Position numbers and translations under genes: made by a program
Notes under the pieces: model-generated
Database searches by the model: none
What the model saw: only the letters and a program-made list of their open reading frames with translations
What the model was told of the DNA's origin: nothing
Shown here: positions 39,724-49,912 of the stretch, in pieces
Layout of the letters: each line of letters starts with the position of its first letter
Position numbering within the stretch: position 1 is the first letter of the stretch
NCBI GenBank assembly: GCA_016235065.1
Contig: JACRMB010000010.1
Span: 6,281-70,280, forward strand
DNA: 64,000 nt
Source: Actinomycetota bacterium
Lineage (GTDB): Bacteria > Actinomycetota > Thermoleophilia > BMS3ABIN01
Reading direction: 5' to 3'

Positions 39724-40104
39724 CTACTTTCCGTAATCGCCCTCGTCGGCTTCGCCCTCGAGGGCGGTCCGCAGGGCGGTGTTGACGTCATAGAGAACCA
39801 GGCCAACCGTGGGGTCGGCTCCGGTCGATGCTGCAAGCCAGGTATCCTTCTCGCCGGTGACGATGAAGACGCATCCTGAGGGGGCCTCGATAAAGAGCTG
39901 GGTCAGCGGCGAGCGCTCCATCTCCTTGGCGGACATGCGGGCTTCTTCAAGCATCCTGCGGGCCATGGACACCATGGCAGCCTCCGACTGTCCGTTGGCG
40001 AACGTGCTCGCCAGGATCTCGTTCTCACCACGGACCAGTACGGCGTGGCGGATGCTGGCTGACATCTCCAGCAGTTCCTGTATGGCTTCCTTGGCAGTAG
40101 GCAA
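39724..40104 (-). CDS. Roadblock/LC7 (MglB-like) protein
   Basis: Size and helix/strand pattern, ending TVGLVLYDV. RBS AAGGAG with a TTG start. Confidence 0.65.
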   Translation of the reverse strand: MPTAKEAIQELLEMSASIRHAVLVRGENEILASTFANGQSEAAMVSMARRMLEEARMSAKEMERSPLTQLFIEAPSGCVFIVTGEKDTWLAASTGADPTVGLVLYDVNTALRTALEGEADEGDYGK

Positions 40105-40239
40105 CTGATCTCCTTAAAACGGATGCTCTTCAGTAAGAGGGGAAGCTATCATAACACGCGGCACGAGACAAGAAAGGCTGTCACTCCCGGCTGGATGTTC
40201 GACTCCCGGAGCCGGCGACAGGTTCGGCCTGGCAACCGA

Positions 40240-43200
40240 TCAGGCTGGCGAGCCCGCATGGATCTCTGCCGGAGAGCCGACAAAGACGTCCCTGACCCCG
40301 CCAAGGCCCTGCATGCGGTGGATGAACTCGTCGGCCGGATCCACCTGCTGCCCCAGTTTCAGGCGGCGGAGGCCGTCGTCGGTCATCATGCTGATGATCA
40401 CCGGGGAGCATCCCGGATAACTGTCGCAGAGATCCTTCATGTCAGTCAGGACATCCGGATCGATCTCACCATGGTCCACGGAAAGCTGCACGATCCCGGC
40501 GGCTGGTTCGGTGCCTTCTGTCTGAACGGAGTTCCCATCTCGAGCCTGGTTATTTCCTGCGATTTCCTGCTCTCCCGCCATCCCTGTGGCTGCATTGCCG
40601 CCTTCACTATCGCCATTCTTCTCATCCACTCGCGGCCGACTGCTGCTTTCATCCTTGCTCTTCCGCCTTGCGGCGCCACCGCTGCTCCCTTCCGGGCGTC
40701 GGACGAACTCGCTGATCGAGCTGGCGACTATCTTCACTTCACGCCTGCCGTCGTCGTCGATGCCCTTGAGGTCGACACGGCCTTTGACCACCAGCACCTC
40801 ATCCTCCTCAAGCAGTGCGTTGCACTTGTTATAAAGCTTGTTGAAGACCACGACCTCGGTGCTGTCTTCCAGATCCTCAAGGTTGAAGAAGGCCATGGGG
40901 TCGCCGCTCTTAGTCGTCAGCCGCTTGACCTTGCCGACCATCCCGATGACCTTGACACTGGTCTTGTCACGGACTTCCTGCAGCTGGGCGACGGTTATGG
41001 CGCCGGCCGCCGCGATCTCGTCCTCCAGTCCGACCAGTGGATGGCCGGATACGAAGATGCCCAGCGTCTCCTTCTCGAGCCGTGAGAGCTCCCTGGGGCC
41101 ATACTCATCAGCAGGGATCTCGGGATCGTGGACGTCGTGCGAAGCGCCGTCGTCCACCAGGTCGAAGATGGAACCCTGGCCCAGCAGACTGTCCTGCTGG
41201 CTCTGAGAGCCCATGCCGAGGGCCTGTTCCATAATCGCGATCATCCCCTTGCGGCTGGCGCCGGTCGAGTCGAGGGCGCCGCATTTTATCAGGCTTTCCA
41301 GGGCGTTCTTCTTCAGCTGCTGGGAGTCGACCCGGCGGCAGAAATCGAAAACGGAAGTGAATGGCCCATCCATTTCGCGGGCCGCGATTATGGACTCGAT
41401 CACCTTGCCGCCCACATTCTTGACCGCGGTCAGCCCGAAGCGTATCCGGTCACCGACGACCCTGAAATCGCTGCCACTCTCGTTCACGTCCGGCGGCATG
41501 ACCTCGATGCCCATGCGGTTGCAGACGCTGACGTAGAAAGGCACCTTGTCCTTGGTGCTCATGACACTGGATATCGTCGCTGCCATGTACTCAACCGGAT
41601 AGTTGGCCTTGAGCCAGGCGGTCTGGTAGGCAAGCAGTCCGTATGCCGCGGCATGGGATTTGTTGAAAGAATAATCGCCGGCGTCGTCCATCAGCTTCCA
41701 GAGGCCTTCGATCGCACCAGGATCGACCTCGTTTGCCTTGCAGCCGGCGACGAACTTGCTCTTGAGGCTTTCCATCAGGTCGCGTTTCTTCTTGGCGATC
41801 GCCTTGCGCAGGTCGTCGGCTTCGGCGGGCGAGAAACCAGCGAGCTTCTTGGCGATCTCCATCAGCTGTTCCTGATAGACCGCGACGCCATAAGTGGGCT
41901 CGAGTATCTCCTGAAGCCTGGGGTCTACATACTCGACTCCATCGGGGAATTTCTTGTTGCGGGCAAACTCGGGGATGTGCTCCATGGGGCCGGGGCGGTA
42001 AAGCGCGACGAGCGCGATGATATCCTCGAAGCAGGTCGGCCCGACGTTGCGGATGGCGTCCTTCATTCCAGAGCTCTCCAGCTGGAAGACGCCGTCGCTC
42101 TGCCCCAGGCGCAGCATCTCGAAAGTCTTTTCGTCATCCAGCGGCAGGCTGGATAGGTCGATATCCTCGCCCTTGCTGTCCTTGATGAGCCTGACCGCCG
42201 CCTTGAGGATGTCGAGGTTACGCAGGCCGAGGAAATCCATCTTCAGCAGCCCCAGCGCCTCCACATGTCCCATGGTGAACTGGGTTATGACTTCAGCATC
42301 CTCACCTTTCTGCTGCAGGGGGACATAGTCGGTAAGCGGACGGTCAGAGATAACCACACCCGCCGCATGGATGGAATCCTGCCTGATCAGCCCTTCAAGG
42401 GGCAGTGCCAGGTCGATGATCTTCTTCGTCAGCTCTTCATCGTCGTAGGCCTGCTTCAATTCCTGTCCGGGTTTGAGGCAGTCCGCAAGCTTGATGCCGG
42501 GGCCCTCGGGGATGAATTTCACGATCCGGTCGACGTCGCCGTAGGGGATGTTCATGACCCGGCCGGCATCCCTCGTCGCCTGCCGGGCGGCCATTGTGCC
42601 AAAAGTTATTATCTGGGCGACGTTCTCCCGGCCATAGCGCTCGGCTACGTAAGCCAGCACCTTCTCCCGGTCCACGGGCGAGAAATCGATGTCGATATCG
42701 GGCATGCTCTTGCGGCCCGGGTTGAGGAAGCGCTCGAACAGAAGATCGTATTTCAGAGGATCGATGTCGGTGATGCCGAGACAGAAAGCGACCAGGCTGC
42801 CCGCGGCCGAACCACGGCCGGGGCCGACGGCGATGTCGTTATCTTTGGAGAACTTGACAAAATCCCAGACTATGAGGAAGTAGGAGGCGAAGTCCATCTC
42901 GCCGATCGTCGCCAGTTCGAACTCCAGCCTCTCCCTGACCTCGGCTGAAACTCCCTCTGGATAACGCCGGGCGAGCCCTTCCTCGCACAGGCGCCGGAGA
43001 TAGGCGTTGCCATCGCTGCCATCCGCAGTCTCAAAACCCGGGATCAGCAGCTTGTCGAATTCCATGGTGACGTTGCAGCGGTCTGCGATCTCGATCGTGT
43101 TAGCCAGCGCTTCCGGCGCGATAGAAAAGCCGGCTGCCATCTCTTCAGCGCTTTTGAGGAAGAAATCATTGCTGGGCAGCGCCATCCCTTTTTCCTCCAG

Positions 43201-43926
43201 GGTGCTGCCGGTCTGCACGCAAAGCAGGGCCTCATGGGCGGAGAAATCTTCCTGGCTCAGATAATGGACGTCATTGGTGGCGATCAGAGGCCTCCCGGCT
43301 TCGGCGGCCACCTCGACCACCAGCGGATTGATTGCCGTCTGCTCTTCGATGCCGTGGTTCTGGATCTCGATAAATACGTTCTCCGAACCAAAGATATCCT
43401 GCAATTCCTGCACTTCCGCGACGGCGGCCTCTTTATCTCCCGCCTTCAGCAGTTTTGACATGCGTCCGCTCAGGCAGCCGGTGAGGGCGATAATGCCCTC
43501 TGAATGCTCCCTCAGCACCTGCTTGTCTACCCGCGGCTTGTAATAGAAGCCTTCGAGGAACCCCTTCGAACAGATGCGCACCAGGTTCTGGTAGCCGGTA
43601 TTGTTCTCCGCAAGAAGAGTCAGGTGGCTCCAGTCCATCGTCTTTTTCTCGAAGCGGTCAGGCGCCACGTAGGCTTCAAACCCGATGATCGGCTTGATCC
43701 CGCGCTTGGTGGCTTCCTTGTAGAACTCCACTGCGCTGGAAAGCACCCCGTGGTCGGTGATGGCCACCGCGGACATCCCCAATTCCTGGCAACGTACTAG
43801 CAGAGGAACGATACGGACAGCGCCGTCGAGAACGGAATATTCGCTGTGGACGTGAAGGTGGACGAATCCAGACGCCGGCGGGGGTGCCGGTGCTTCGCCA
43901 ACGGGCTTGGCGTATGACTCGCTCAA
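40240..43926 (-). CDS. dnaE: DNA polymerase III alpha subunit
   Basis: HLHVHSEYS, GRGSAAGS, PDIDIDF, KMDFLGL and FNKSH. Start tentatively TTG 43926. Confidence 0.97.
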   Translation of the reverse strand: MSESYAKPVGEAPAPPPASGFVHLHVHSEYSVLDGAVRIVPLLVRCQELGMSAVAITDHGVLSSAVEFYKEATKRGIKPIIGFEAYVAPDRFEKKTMDWSHLTLLAENNTGYQNLVRICSKGFLEGFYYKPRVDKQVLREHSEGIIALTGCLSGRMSKLLKAGDKEAAVAEVQELQDIFGSENVFIEIQNHGIEEQTAINPLVVEVAAEAGRPLIATNDVHYLSQEDFSAHEALLCVQTGSTLEEKGMALPSNDFFLKSAEEMAAGFSIAPEALANTIEIADRCNVTMEFDKLLIPGFETADGSDGNAYLRRLCEEGLARRYPEGVSAEVRERLEFELATIGEMDFASYFLIVWDFVKFSKDNDIAVGPGRGSAAGSLVAFCLGITDIDPLKYDLLFERFLNPGRKSMPDIDIDFSPVDREKVLAYVAERYGRENVAQIITFGTMAARQATRDAGRVMNIPYGDVDRIVKFIPEGPGIKLADCLKPGQELKQAYDDEELTKKIIDLALPLEGLIRQDSIHAAGVVISDRPLTDYVPLQQKGEDAEVITQFTMGHVEALGLLKMDFLGLRNLDILKAAVRLIKDSKGEDIDLSSLPLDDEKTFEMLRLGQSDGVFQLESSGMKDAIRNVGPTCFEDIIALVALYRPGPMEHIPEFARNKKFPDGVEYVDPRLQEILEPTYGVAVYQEQLMEIAKKLAGFSPAEADDLRKAIAKKKRDLMESLKSKFVAGCKANEVDPGAIEGLWKLMDDAGDYSFNKSHAAAYGLLAYQTAWLKANYPVEYMAATISSVMSTKDKVPFYVSVCNRMGIEVMPPDVNESGSDFRVVGDRIRFGLTAVKNVGGKVIESIIAAREMDGPFTSVFDFCRRVDSQQLKKNALESLIKCGALDSTGASRKGMIAIMEQALGMGSQSQQDSLLGQGSIFDLVDDGASHDVHDPEIPADEYGPRELSRLEKETLGIFVSGHPLVGLEDEIAAAGAITVAQLQEVRDKTSVKVIGMVGKVKRLTTKSGDPMAFFNLEDLEDSTEVVVFNKLYNKCNALLEEDEVLVVKGRVDLKGIDDDGRREVKIVASSISEFVRRPEGSSGGAARRKSKDESSSRPRVDEKNGDSEGGNAATGMAGEQEIAGNNQARDGNSVQTEGTEPAAGIVQLSVDHGEIDPDVLTDMKDLCDSYPGCSPVIISMMTDDGLRRLKLGQQVDPADEFIHRMQGLGGVRDVFVGSPAEIHAGSPA

Positions 43927-44019
43927 AAGTTCTCCCTTAACCTCACGACGAAAGATTCTACTCCCGCCGCCCTGCCGGTTCAACAGATTTACGTTATATC
44001 GCCATCTTTAACTGTATCC

Positions 44020-44058
44020 CGGGCGGGCGACGGCCGCGGAGCGGCCGTCGCCCGCCCG
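44020..44058. repeat. Perfect 18-bp GC-rich inverted repeat
   Basis: CGGGCGGGCGACGGCCGC-GGA-GCGGCCGTCGCCCGCCCG. Confidence 0.85.
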
Positions 44059-44086
44059 ACCAAACTTTAACCGGATTCGACCGCCG

Positions 44087-44422
44087 TCAGGCGCTCGAAT
44101 TCATGGGTTTTGTCATCGTCAGCATCATCGCAGCGATAACGAACACCACCACCGCCAGCCCGGTGCAGCCGATCTGCATGCCCACATGCTCCGAACGGGC
44201 GCCGAGGCCCACGTGGAGCGCTCCCACGAGCAGCATGGGGATGCCCATTACTTCAGATGTCGCCAGCCAGTAGATGCCGATGATGATCCCAGCCGCGCCA
44301 AGTGCGTAGCAGGTCGTCTTCATGGTTTCGTGCTGGCTCATCGTCAGGAACAGGCAGATATAACTGGCGGCGCCGTAAAGGGCAGCCAGCGTCCCGTTTA
44401 CCATTCCTCCCTTAAAACTCAT
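44087..44422 (-). CDS. Hypothetical 4-TM membrane protein
   Basis: Four hydrophobic segments. RBS GGAGG. Confidence 0.7.
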   Translation of the reverse strand: MSFKGGMVNGTLAALYGAASYICLFLTMSQHETMKTTCYALGAAGIIIGIYWLATSEVMGIPMLLVGALHVGLGARSEHVGMQIGCTGLAVVVFVIAAMMLTMTKPMNSSA

Positions 44423-44578
44423 ACAGTCCTCCCTCCTAGTATCCAGGCACGGTGCGAACCAGAACAATCACCGCGCTATATCAAAGGAAGATTCGACAGG
44501 GAGCACTGCCTTTCCTGTATGGACAGAACAGCCCGGCCACATAGGGTAGACCAGCCGGAATATCAACTTGGCTGCGGC

Positions 44579-46621
44579 TCAGCCGCTGTTGATAATGGCG
44601 AGGAATCCGGAGCCATACCGTTCGGCCCTCGAAGGCCCGATGCCGTGCGCCAGAAGCAGCTCTTCCTGGTTCGCCGGCCTGAGCCTGGCGATATCCCGCA
44701 GGGTGCGGTCGCTGGCTATTACATAAGGTGGTACCGCTTCTAAGCGGGCCAGCTCCAGGCGATGAAGCCTGAGCGCCTCGAACAGGGCTTGCGCCTCTTC
44801 ATCCAGCTCGAGATCGCCGTCGACAGACCTGCCCGACTTCCCGCCTGAACCCCGCCCCGCCTTTACGCTTATGTCTTGCCCTTCCCTCGCGGAAGCATTC
44901 CGCCCTTTACCGGCGAAGGGCTCCCTGACCCTCAGCGGCGGCAGAAGGATACGCACGGGCATGTCCCCCCGCATCACGGCTCTTCCCTCTTCAGTCATGA
45001 CCACCATCGGCCTGTCGCCGCCAGTGAAATCTATCCAGCCAGCCGTGACACAGCGGCGGAGCAGTCTCAATAACCAGTCCTGGGAGCGCCCGGACAATGC
45101 TCCGAATGTGGGTGACTGATCCAGCCCTGACCAGACCAGCCGTTCATCTGCCGCGTCCCCCCTCAAAAGAGCGGCGGCCGCCTGGATGCCGAAGCGGCCG
45201 TTCACCCGGGCCACCGCCGATAGCGCCTTGCGGACCGTGATACTCACCACCTCTTCATCCTGCTCGCTACCGGCGGACATCTCCTGGCAGACATCGCAAC
45301 GGCCACAGCCGGAAAGGGTCTCCTCCTCGTCCCCGAAATATCGCAGGATGGCGTCGTGACGGCAACTGCCGCCTTCCGCCCAGCGCATCAGTTCCAGAAA
45401 AAGATCCCATTTGTGCTGCAGGATCTCCGGGGCCGTGGCCATGCCATCAGCCGAATCCCTTTCGATCAGGCGCCGGCGCATGGGCATGTCACCCGGGGAG
45501 GTCAGCAAAAGGCACCAGGAATCAAGGCCGTCGCGTCCCGCCCGCCCGACCTCCTGGTAATAGGCTTCTATCGATCCCGGCGGCGCCAGATGTATCACCG
45601 CCCGAACATCCGGGCGGTCGATGCCCATCCCGAACGCGTTAGTGGCCACGACCACCTGGCAGGCGCCGTCCATGAATTCCTGCTGTATATCCTCCCGTAC
45701 CGCACCAGCCAGGCCTGCGTGATAAGCCCTGGCGTTCCATCCCTCACCAGCCAGCCGCCCCGCTTCTTCCTCAGTGGAACGGCGCGTAGGCGCATAGATG
45801 ATCGCCGTACCAGTCGAAACCTGGCTGCTGGCAGACCAAATCCCCGGGGATCTGAGCGCCTCAGCAAGAAGCGAATCGACCTGCCGGTCCCGCTGTTTGC
45901 GGCTGCTGACTTCCCTGGCTCTCAAGGCAAGGTTGGGCCGGGCGAAGCCGCTGACGATCTGAGGCGTATCCGAGCCCAGGCCGAGACGGGCGATTATCTC
46001 ATCACGCACGACCGGCGTGGCCGTCGCCGTGCAGGCGAGCACCCTGGCCTCCGGCATACTCGCCAGCAGCTCACCGATCTGCATGTACTCCGGCCGGAAA
46101 TCATGTCCCCACTCACTGATACAGTGAGCTTCATCGATAGCGATCAGGGGGCAGTCGACGGCTCCCAGCACACGCCGGAAACCAGGCAGCGACAAACGCT
46201 CCGGCGCCACGTAGACCAGACGGTACTCGCCAGCTTCCATACGCTTCAGACGGTCGCGCTGCTCTTCAGGATCGAGAGTGGAAGCCAGATAGGTCGCGGG
46301 GATCCCGCGGGCCTTCAGGGCTGTCACCTGGTCGTTCATCAGCGAGATAAGCGGAGAGATCACCAGTGTCGTCCCGTCGGTCATCACCGCGGGCAACTGG
46401 TAGATGAGGCTTTTGCCGCCGCCAGTGGGAGCCACGAGCAGCAGCCGGCCGGTCGCGAAAAGCGTATCAAGGGCTTCGCGCTGCCCGGGACGGAACGACT
46501 CATAGCCGAGCCGCTCCAGCGCCGCCTGGTGATCGCGACTCTGTTCGACACCGGCCGCATCCGCGCGTCCAGCGCCACAGCCTTCAGTCGCTTGCCCGGC
46601 GCTGCTATTCCCGGATGACAT
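44579..46621 (-). CDS. recQ: RecQ-family helicase (RQC and HRDC domains)
   Basis: PTGGGKS, DEAHCISEWGHDFRP, QEVGRAGRDG, CGRCDVC and PPYVIASDRTL. Confidence 0.95.
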   Translation of the reverse strand: MSSGNSSAGQATEGCGAGRADAAGVEQSRDHQAALERLGYESFRPGQREALDTLFATGRLLLVAPTGGGKSLIYQLPAVMTDGTTLVISPLISLMNDQVTALKARGIPATYLASTLDPEEQRDRLKRMEAGEYRLVYVAPERLSLPGFRRVLGAVDCPLIAIDEAHCISEWGHDFRPEYMQIGELLASMPEARVLACTATATPVVRDEIIARLGLGSDTPQIVSGFARPNLALRAREVSSRKQRDRQVDSLLAEALRSPGIWSASSQVSTGTAIIYAPTRRSTEEEAGRLAGEGWNARAYHAGLAGAVREDIQQEFMDGACQVVVATNAFGMGIDRPDVRAVIHLAPPGSIEAYYQEVGRAGRDGLDSWCLLLTSPGDMPMRRRLIERDSADGMATAPEILQHKWDLFLELMRWAEGGSCRHDAILRYFGDEEETLSGCGRCDVCQEMSAGSEQDEEVVSITVRKALSAVARVNGRFGIQAAAALLRGDAADERLVWSGLDQSPTFGALSGRSQDWLLRLLRRCVTAGWIDFTGGDRPMVVMTEEGRAVMRGDMPVRILLPPLRVREPFAGKGRNASAREGQDISVKAGRGSGGKSGRSVDGDLELDEEAQALFEALRLHRLELARLEAVPPYVIASDRTLRDIARLRPANQEELLLAHGIGPSRAERYGSGFLAIINSG

Positions 46622-47231
46622 TATTGACCAGCTCACCGATGCCGTCGATCCACACTGTGACTTCATCCCCGGCCTTGAGGCGGCCGACGCCCGGCGGAGT
46701 CCCGGTGAGGATGACATCGCCAGACTCGAGAGTCATCACCCGCGATATGAACACCACGAGTTCAAGCGGCGAGAAGATCATGTCCGAGACCGGAGCCGAC
46801 TGCCTGGCCTCCCCCTTGTGCACCAGCTCCACCCTGGCGTCCGGTTCCGGCGCCACCGTCTCCACCCAAGGCCCTAGAGGGCAGAAAGTGTCAAAGCTCT
46901 TGGCTCGGGTCCACTGGCCGTCTTTTTCCTGAAGGTCGCGAGCTGTGACATCGTTGGCGCAGGTATAACCGGCGACGAAGTCCACAGCTGACTCCAGGTC
47001 CAGACAGCGCGCGGTCTTACCGATAATCACTGCCAGTTCGGCTTCGAAGTCAACCCTCTGGGAAATGGATGGGATCACGATAGAGTCACCAGGGCCGATG
47101 ACGGCGGACGGCGGTTTCATGAAGAGGATCGGCTCATCCGGCACAGCCATACCCAGCTCGGCGGCATGGGAGCGGTAATTGAGGCCGACAGCGATGATCT
47201 TGCCGGGCTTCTTCAGCTCGAGTCTGGACAC
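46605..47231 (-). CDS. Fumarylacetoacetate hydrolase family protein
   Basis: GLNYRSH, FEAELA, NDVTARD, KSFDTF and TGTP. Confidence 0.93.
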   Translation of the reverse strand: MSRLELKKPGKIIAVGLNYRSHAAELGMAVPDEPILFMKPPSAVIGPGDSIVIPSISQRVDFEAELAVIIGKTARCLDLESAVDFVAGYTCANDVTARDLQEKDGQWTRAKSFDTFCPLGPWVETVAPEPDARVELVHKGEARQSAPVSDMIFSPLELVVFISRVMTLESGDVILTGTPPGVGRLKAGDEVTVWIDGIGELVNNVIRE

Positions 47232-47255
47232 TGATTGACCTGGCCCGGCTGTCCG

Positions 47256-48851
47256 CTACCGGCGCCGGCGGCGCTTGACCAGGCCGTATTCGATGCTGTC
47301 AACGAGTGCTTCCCAGCTCGCCTCGATGATATTCTCCGAGACGCCGATCGTGCCCCAGGTATCATGTCCGTCACTTGAGTCGAGCAGCACTCTTGTCACC
47401 GCGCCGGTCCCCTGATTCTCGTTGAGTATGCGCACCTTGTAGTTGACCAGATGTATGTGTGAAAGATCATCCACGAGCTTCGGATGGCTGGCCGGCAGCA
47501 GTTTCCTCAAGGCGACGTCAAGCGCATTGACCGGGCCGTTCCCCTCTGCGAAGGCGATAGGCAGCTCGCCGCCGCCATCCCCCTTGAGGATGATCTTTGC
47601 CTCGCTGATCACCGCGCTCTTGCGCTTCTGGACGATGACCCGGAAGTTGTCCAACTCGATGATGGGTTTGTGTAGCCCCAGCTCACGCCTCATGAAAAGT
47701 TCGAAGGAAGCATCGGCCACCTCGTAGTGATAACCCGCGTGTTCCTTGTCCTTCAGCCGTTTGAGCAGACGGTTCAATGTATCCTTGCGCTCGTCGCCGG
47801 CCAGGTCGATGCCCATTTCCGCCGCCTTCTTGAGTACAGTCGCCCGCCCGGCCAGCTCACTGACGAGGATGCGCTGTTTATTGCCGACCAGCGCCGGGTC
47901 CACATGCTCGAAAGTCCTGGCGTCGCGGAGCGCCGCGCTGACATGAAGGCCGCCCTTGTGGGCAAAGGCGTTCTCGCCAACATATGGCTGATGGGTCTCC
48001 GGGCTGACGTTGGCCACCTCGGCCACGAAATGGGAGGTCTCGGTCAGCTCGGCAAGCCGCCGGTCGCTGACGCAGTCCAGCCCCATCTTCAGCTTCAGAG
48101 CCGGGATGATAGATATCAGGTTGGCGTTGCCGCAGCGCTCGCCATAACCGTTGACGGTCCCCTGCACCTGAGTCGCCCCCGCTTCTACCGCCATCAGCGA
48201 GACCGCCACGGCGCAGTCAGCGTCGTTATGGGCATGGATGCCGACAGGGGCCCCGACCTCGGCCAAGACCCGTCTGACTATCTCAGCCGCCTGTGAAGGC
48301 AGGGTTGCACCATTGGTATCACAGAGGACCACCCGGCTCGCGCCGGCCTCCACCGCCGTCTGGAGCGTCCTGAGGGCGTATTCCGGATCATCCATGAATC
48401 CGTCGAAAAAATGTTCGGCGTCGTAGAAGACCTCGCGACCTTTCCTGCTGAGAAAGGCCACGCTGCCCTCTATCATCTTGAGGTTCTCCTCAAGCCCGAC
48501 CCGCAAAACCTTCTGGGTGTGCAGTTTCCAGCTCTTGCCGACGATGGTTACCACCGGCGTATCGACCTTCAGCAGTTGCTTCAGCAGCGGATCCTGATGG
48601 GGCTTCGCGCCGCGCTTGTGGGTCATCCCGAACGCTGCCAGCTTCGCCGTTCGCAGCTTATGGCCAGCCATCTTCTGGTAGAACTCCACATCCTTGGGAT
48701 TGGAACCGGGGAAGCCGCCCTCGATATAATGCACGCCGAGGCGGTCCAGCCGCAACGCGATCTGGACCTTCTCGTCCACGGAGACGCTCATGCCCTCCCG
48801 CTGCATGCCGTCCCGCAGGGTGGTGTCATATATCTCGATGCGCTTGCTCAA
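47256..48851 (-). CDS. cimA: Citramalate synthase
   Basis: YDTTLRDG, GGFPGSNPKD, YDAEHFFDG and AHKGGLH. Confidence 0.92.
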   Translation of the reverse strand: MSKRIEIYDTTLRDGMQREGMSVSVDEKVQIALRLDRLGVHYIEGGFPGSNPKDVEFYQKMAGHKLRTAKLAAFGMTHKRGAKPHQDPLLKQLLKVDTPVVTIVGKSWKLHTQKVLRVGLEENLKMIEGSVAFLSRKGREVFYDAEHFFDGFMDDPEYALRTLQTAVEAGASRVVLCDTNGATLPSQAAEIVRRVLAEVGAPVGIHAHNDADCAVAVSLMAVEAGATQVQGTVNGYGERCGNANLISIIPALKLKMGLDCVSDRRLAELTETSHFVAEVANVSPETHQPYVGENAFAHKGGLHVSAALRDARTFEHVDPALVGNKQRILVSELAGRATVLKKAAEMGIDLAGDERKDTLNRLLKRLKDKEHAGYHYEVADASFELFMRRELGLHKPIIELDNFRVIVQKRKSAVISEAKIILKGDGGGELPIAFAEGNGPVNALDVALRKLLPASHPKLVDDLSHIHLVNYKVRILNENQGTGAVTRVLLDSSDGHDTWGTIGVSENIIEASWEALVDSIEYGLVKRRRRR

Positions 48852-48922
48852 ATCAGCTCCCCATCATTCCGCTCCGGAAAAACTCCCCACCAGCACAACG
48901 GAAGGCACTTGCGCTAGCCTGC

Positions 48923-49837
48923 CTATACCCACTCCAGATAATCTGAATACTTCTCGTTCTCACCCTTGATGATCCCGTAGAAGATCTCCTGCACCTTCTT
49001 GGTGATCGGGCCCGGCTCGCCTATCTCCCGGTCGTCCACTTCGCGCAGCGGCACGATCTCGGCCGCGGTCCCGCTCAGAAATGCCTCGTCGGCCCCATAT
49101 AACTCTGACCGGACCATGACCCTCTCTGCCATGGGGATGCCCTCGTCCGCGGCGATGCGGAAGATCGCGTCCCGAGTGATTCCCTCTAGCACATCACATG
49201 AGATCGGCGGCGTATAGATGACACCGTTCTTGACCACGTAAAGATTCTCGCCGGAACCCTCGGAGAGGTTGCCGTTATGGTCGAGCAGCAGCGCCTCCTC
49301 GTAACCGGCCTTGACCGCTTCCACTTTCGCCAGGATCGAGTTGATGTACTGTCCGGTGGCCTTGGCCGCCGGCGGCAGGCTGTTGGGCCCGAAGCGGCAG
49401 AACGAAGAGATCTTCGCCCTGATGCCGTGCTCGATCCCATCGTCGCCGAGGTAAGTACCCCAGGGCCACACTGCGATAGCCACATCAACCGGTGCATGAA
49501 GGGGGAAGAGCCCCATCTCGCCATAGCCGCGATAGGCGATCGGCCTGATGTAACAGCTGTCCAGCTCGTTGACCTTCACGACATCCTTGGTGGCCTGTAC
49601 CAGCTCCTCGACGCTGAAGGGAAGTTCCATGTAATAGATCGCAGCGGAACGCTCCAGCCGCCGGATATGATCGGTCAGCCGAAAGACGTGGGTCCCCCTG
49701 TCAGTGCCGTAGGCACGTATGCCCTCGAACACACCCGAGCCATAATGAAGCGCATGGGTAAGCAGGTGCACCTTGGCTTCCGCCCAGTCCACAAGCTCCC
49801 CGTTCATCCATATTTTTGAGACCTCTGTTATCGGCAT
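48923..49837 (-). CDS. ilvE: Branched-chain amino acid aminotransferase
   Basis: HALHYGSGVFEG, EGSGEN, LEGITR and GTAAE. Confidence 0.96.
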   Translation of the reverse strand: MPITEVSKIWMNGELVDWAEAKVHLLTHALHYGSGVFEGIRAYGTDRGTHVFRLTDHIRRLERSAAIYYMELPFSVEELVQATKDVVKVNELDSCYIRPIAYRGYGEMGLFPLHAPVDVAIAVWPWGTYLGDDGIEHGIRAKISSFCRFGPNSLPPAAKATGQYINSILAKVEAVKAGYEEALLLDHNGNLSEGSGENLYVVKNGVIYTPPISCDVLEGITRDAIFRIAADEGIPMAERVMVRSELYGADEAFLSGTAAEIVPLREVDDREIGEPGPITKKVQEIFYGIIKGENEKYSDYLEWV

Positions 49838-49912
49838 GAGACTCCTTTCCAGTCTCCGAGCCGGCATAATACCCCGGCTGCAACTTCTATCAACTCCGCG
49901 CGCAGTTCCGTC

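Noticed and set aside
40240-43926. Intein or split in dnaE
   Set aside because: Motifs are contiguous and I saw no intein signature. The only extra sequence is a low-complexity linker near the C-terminus.
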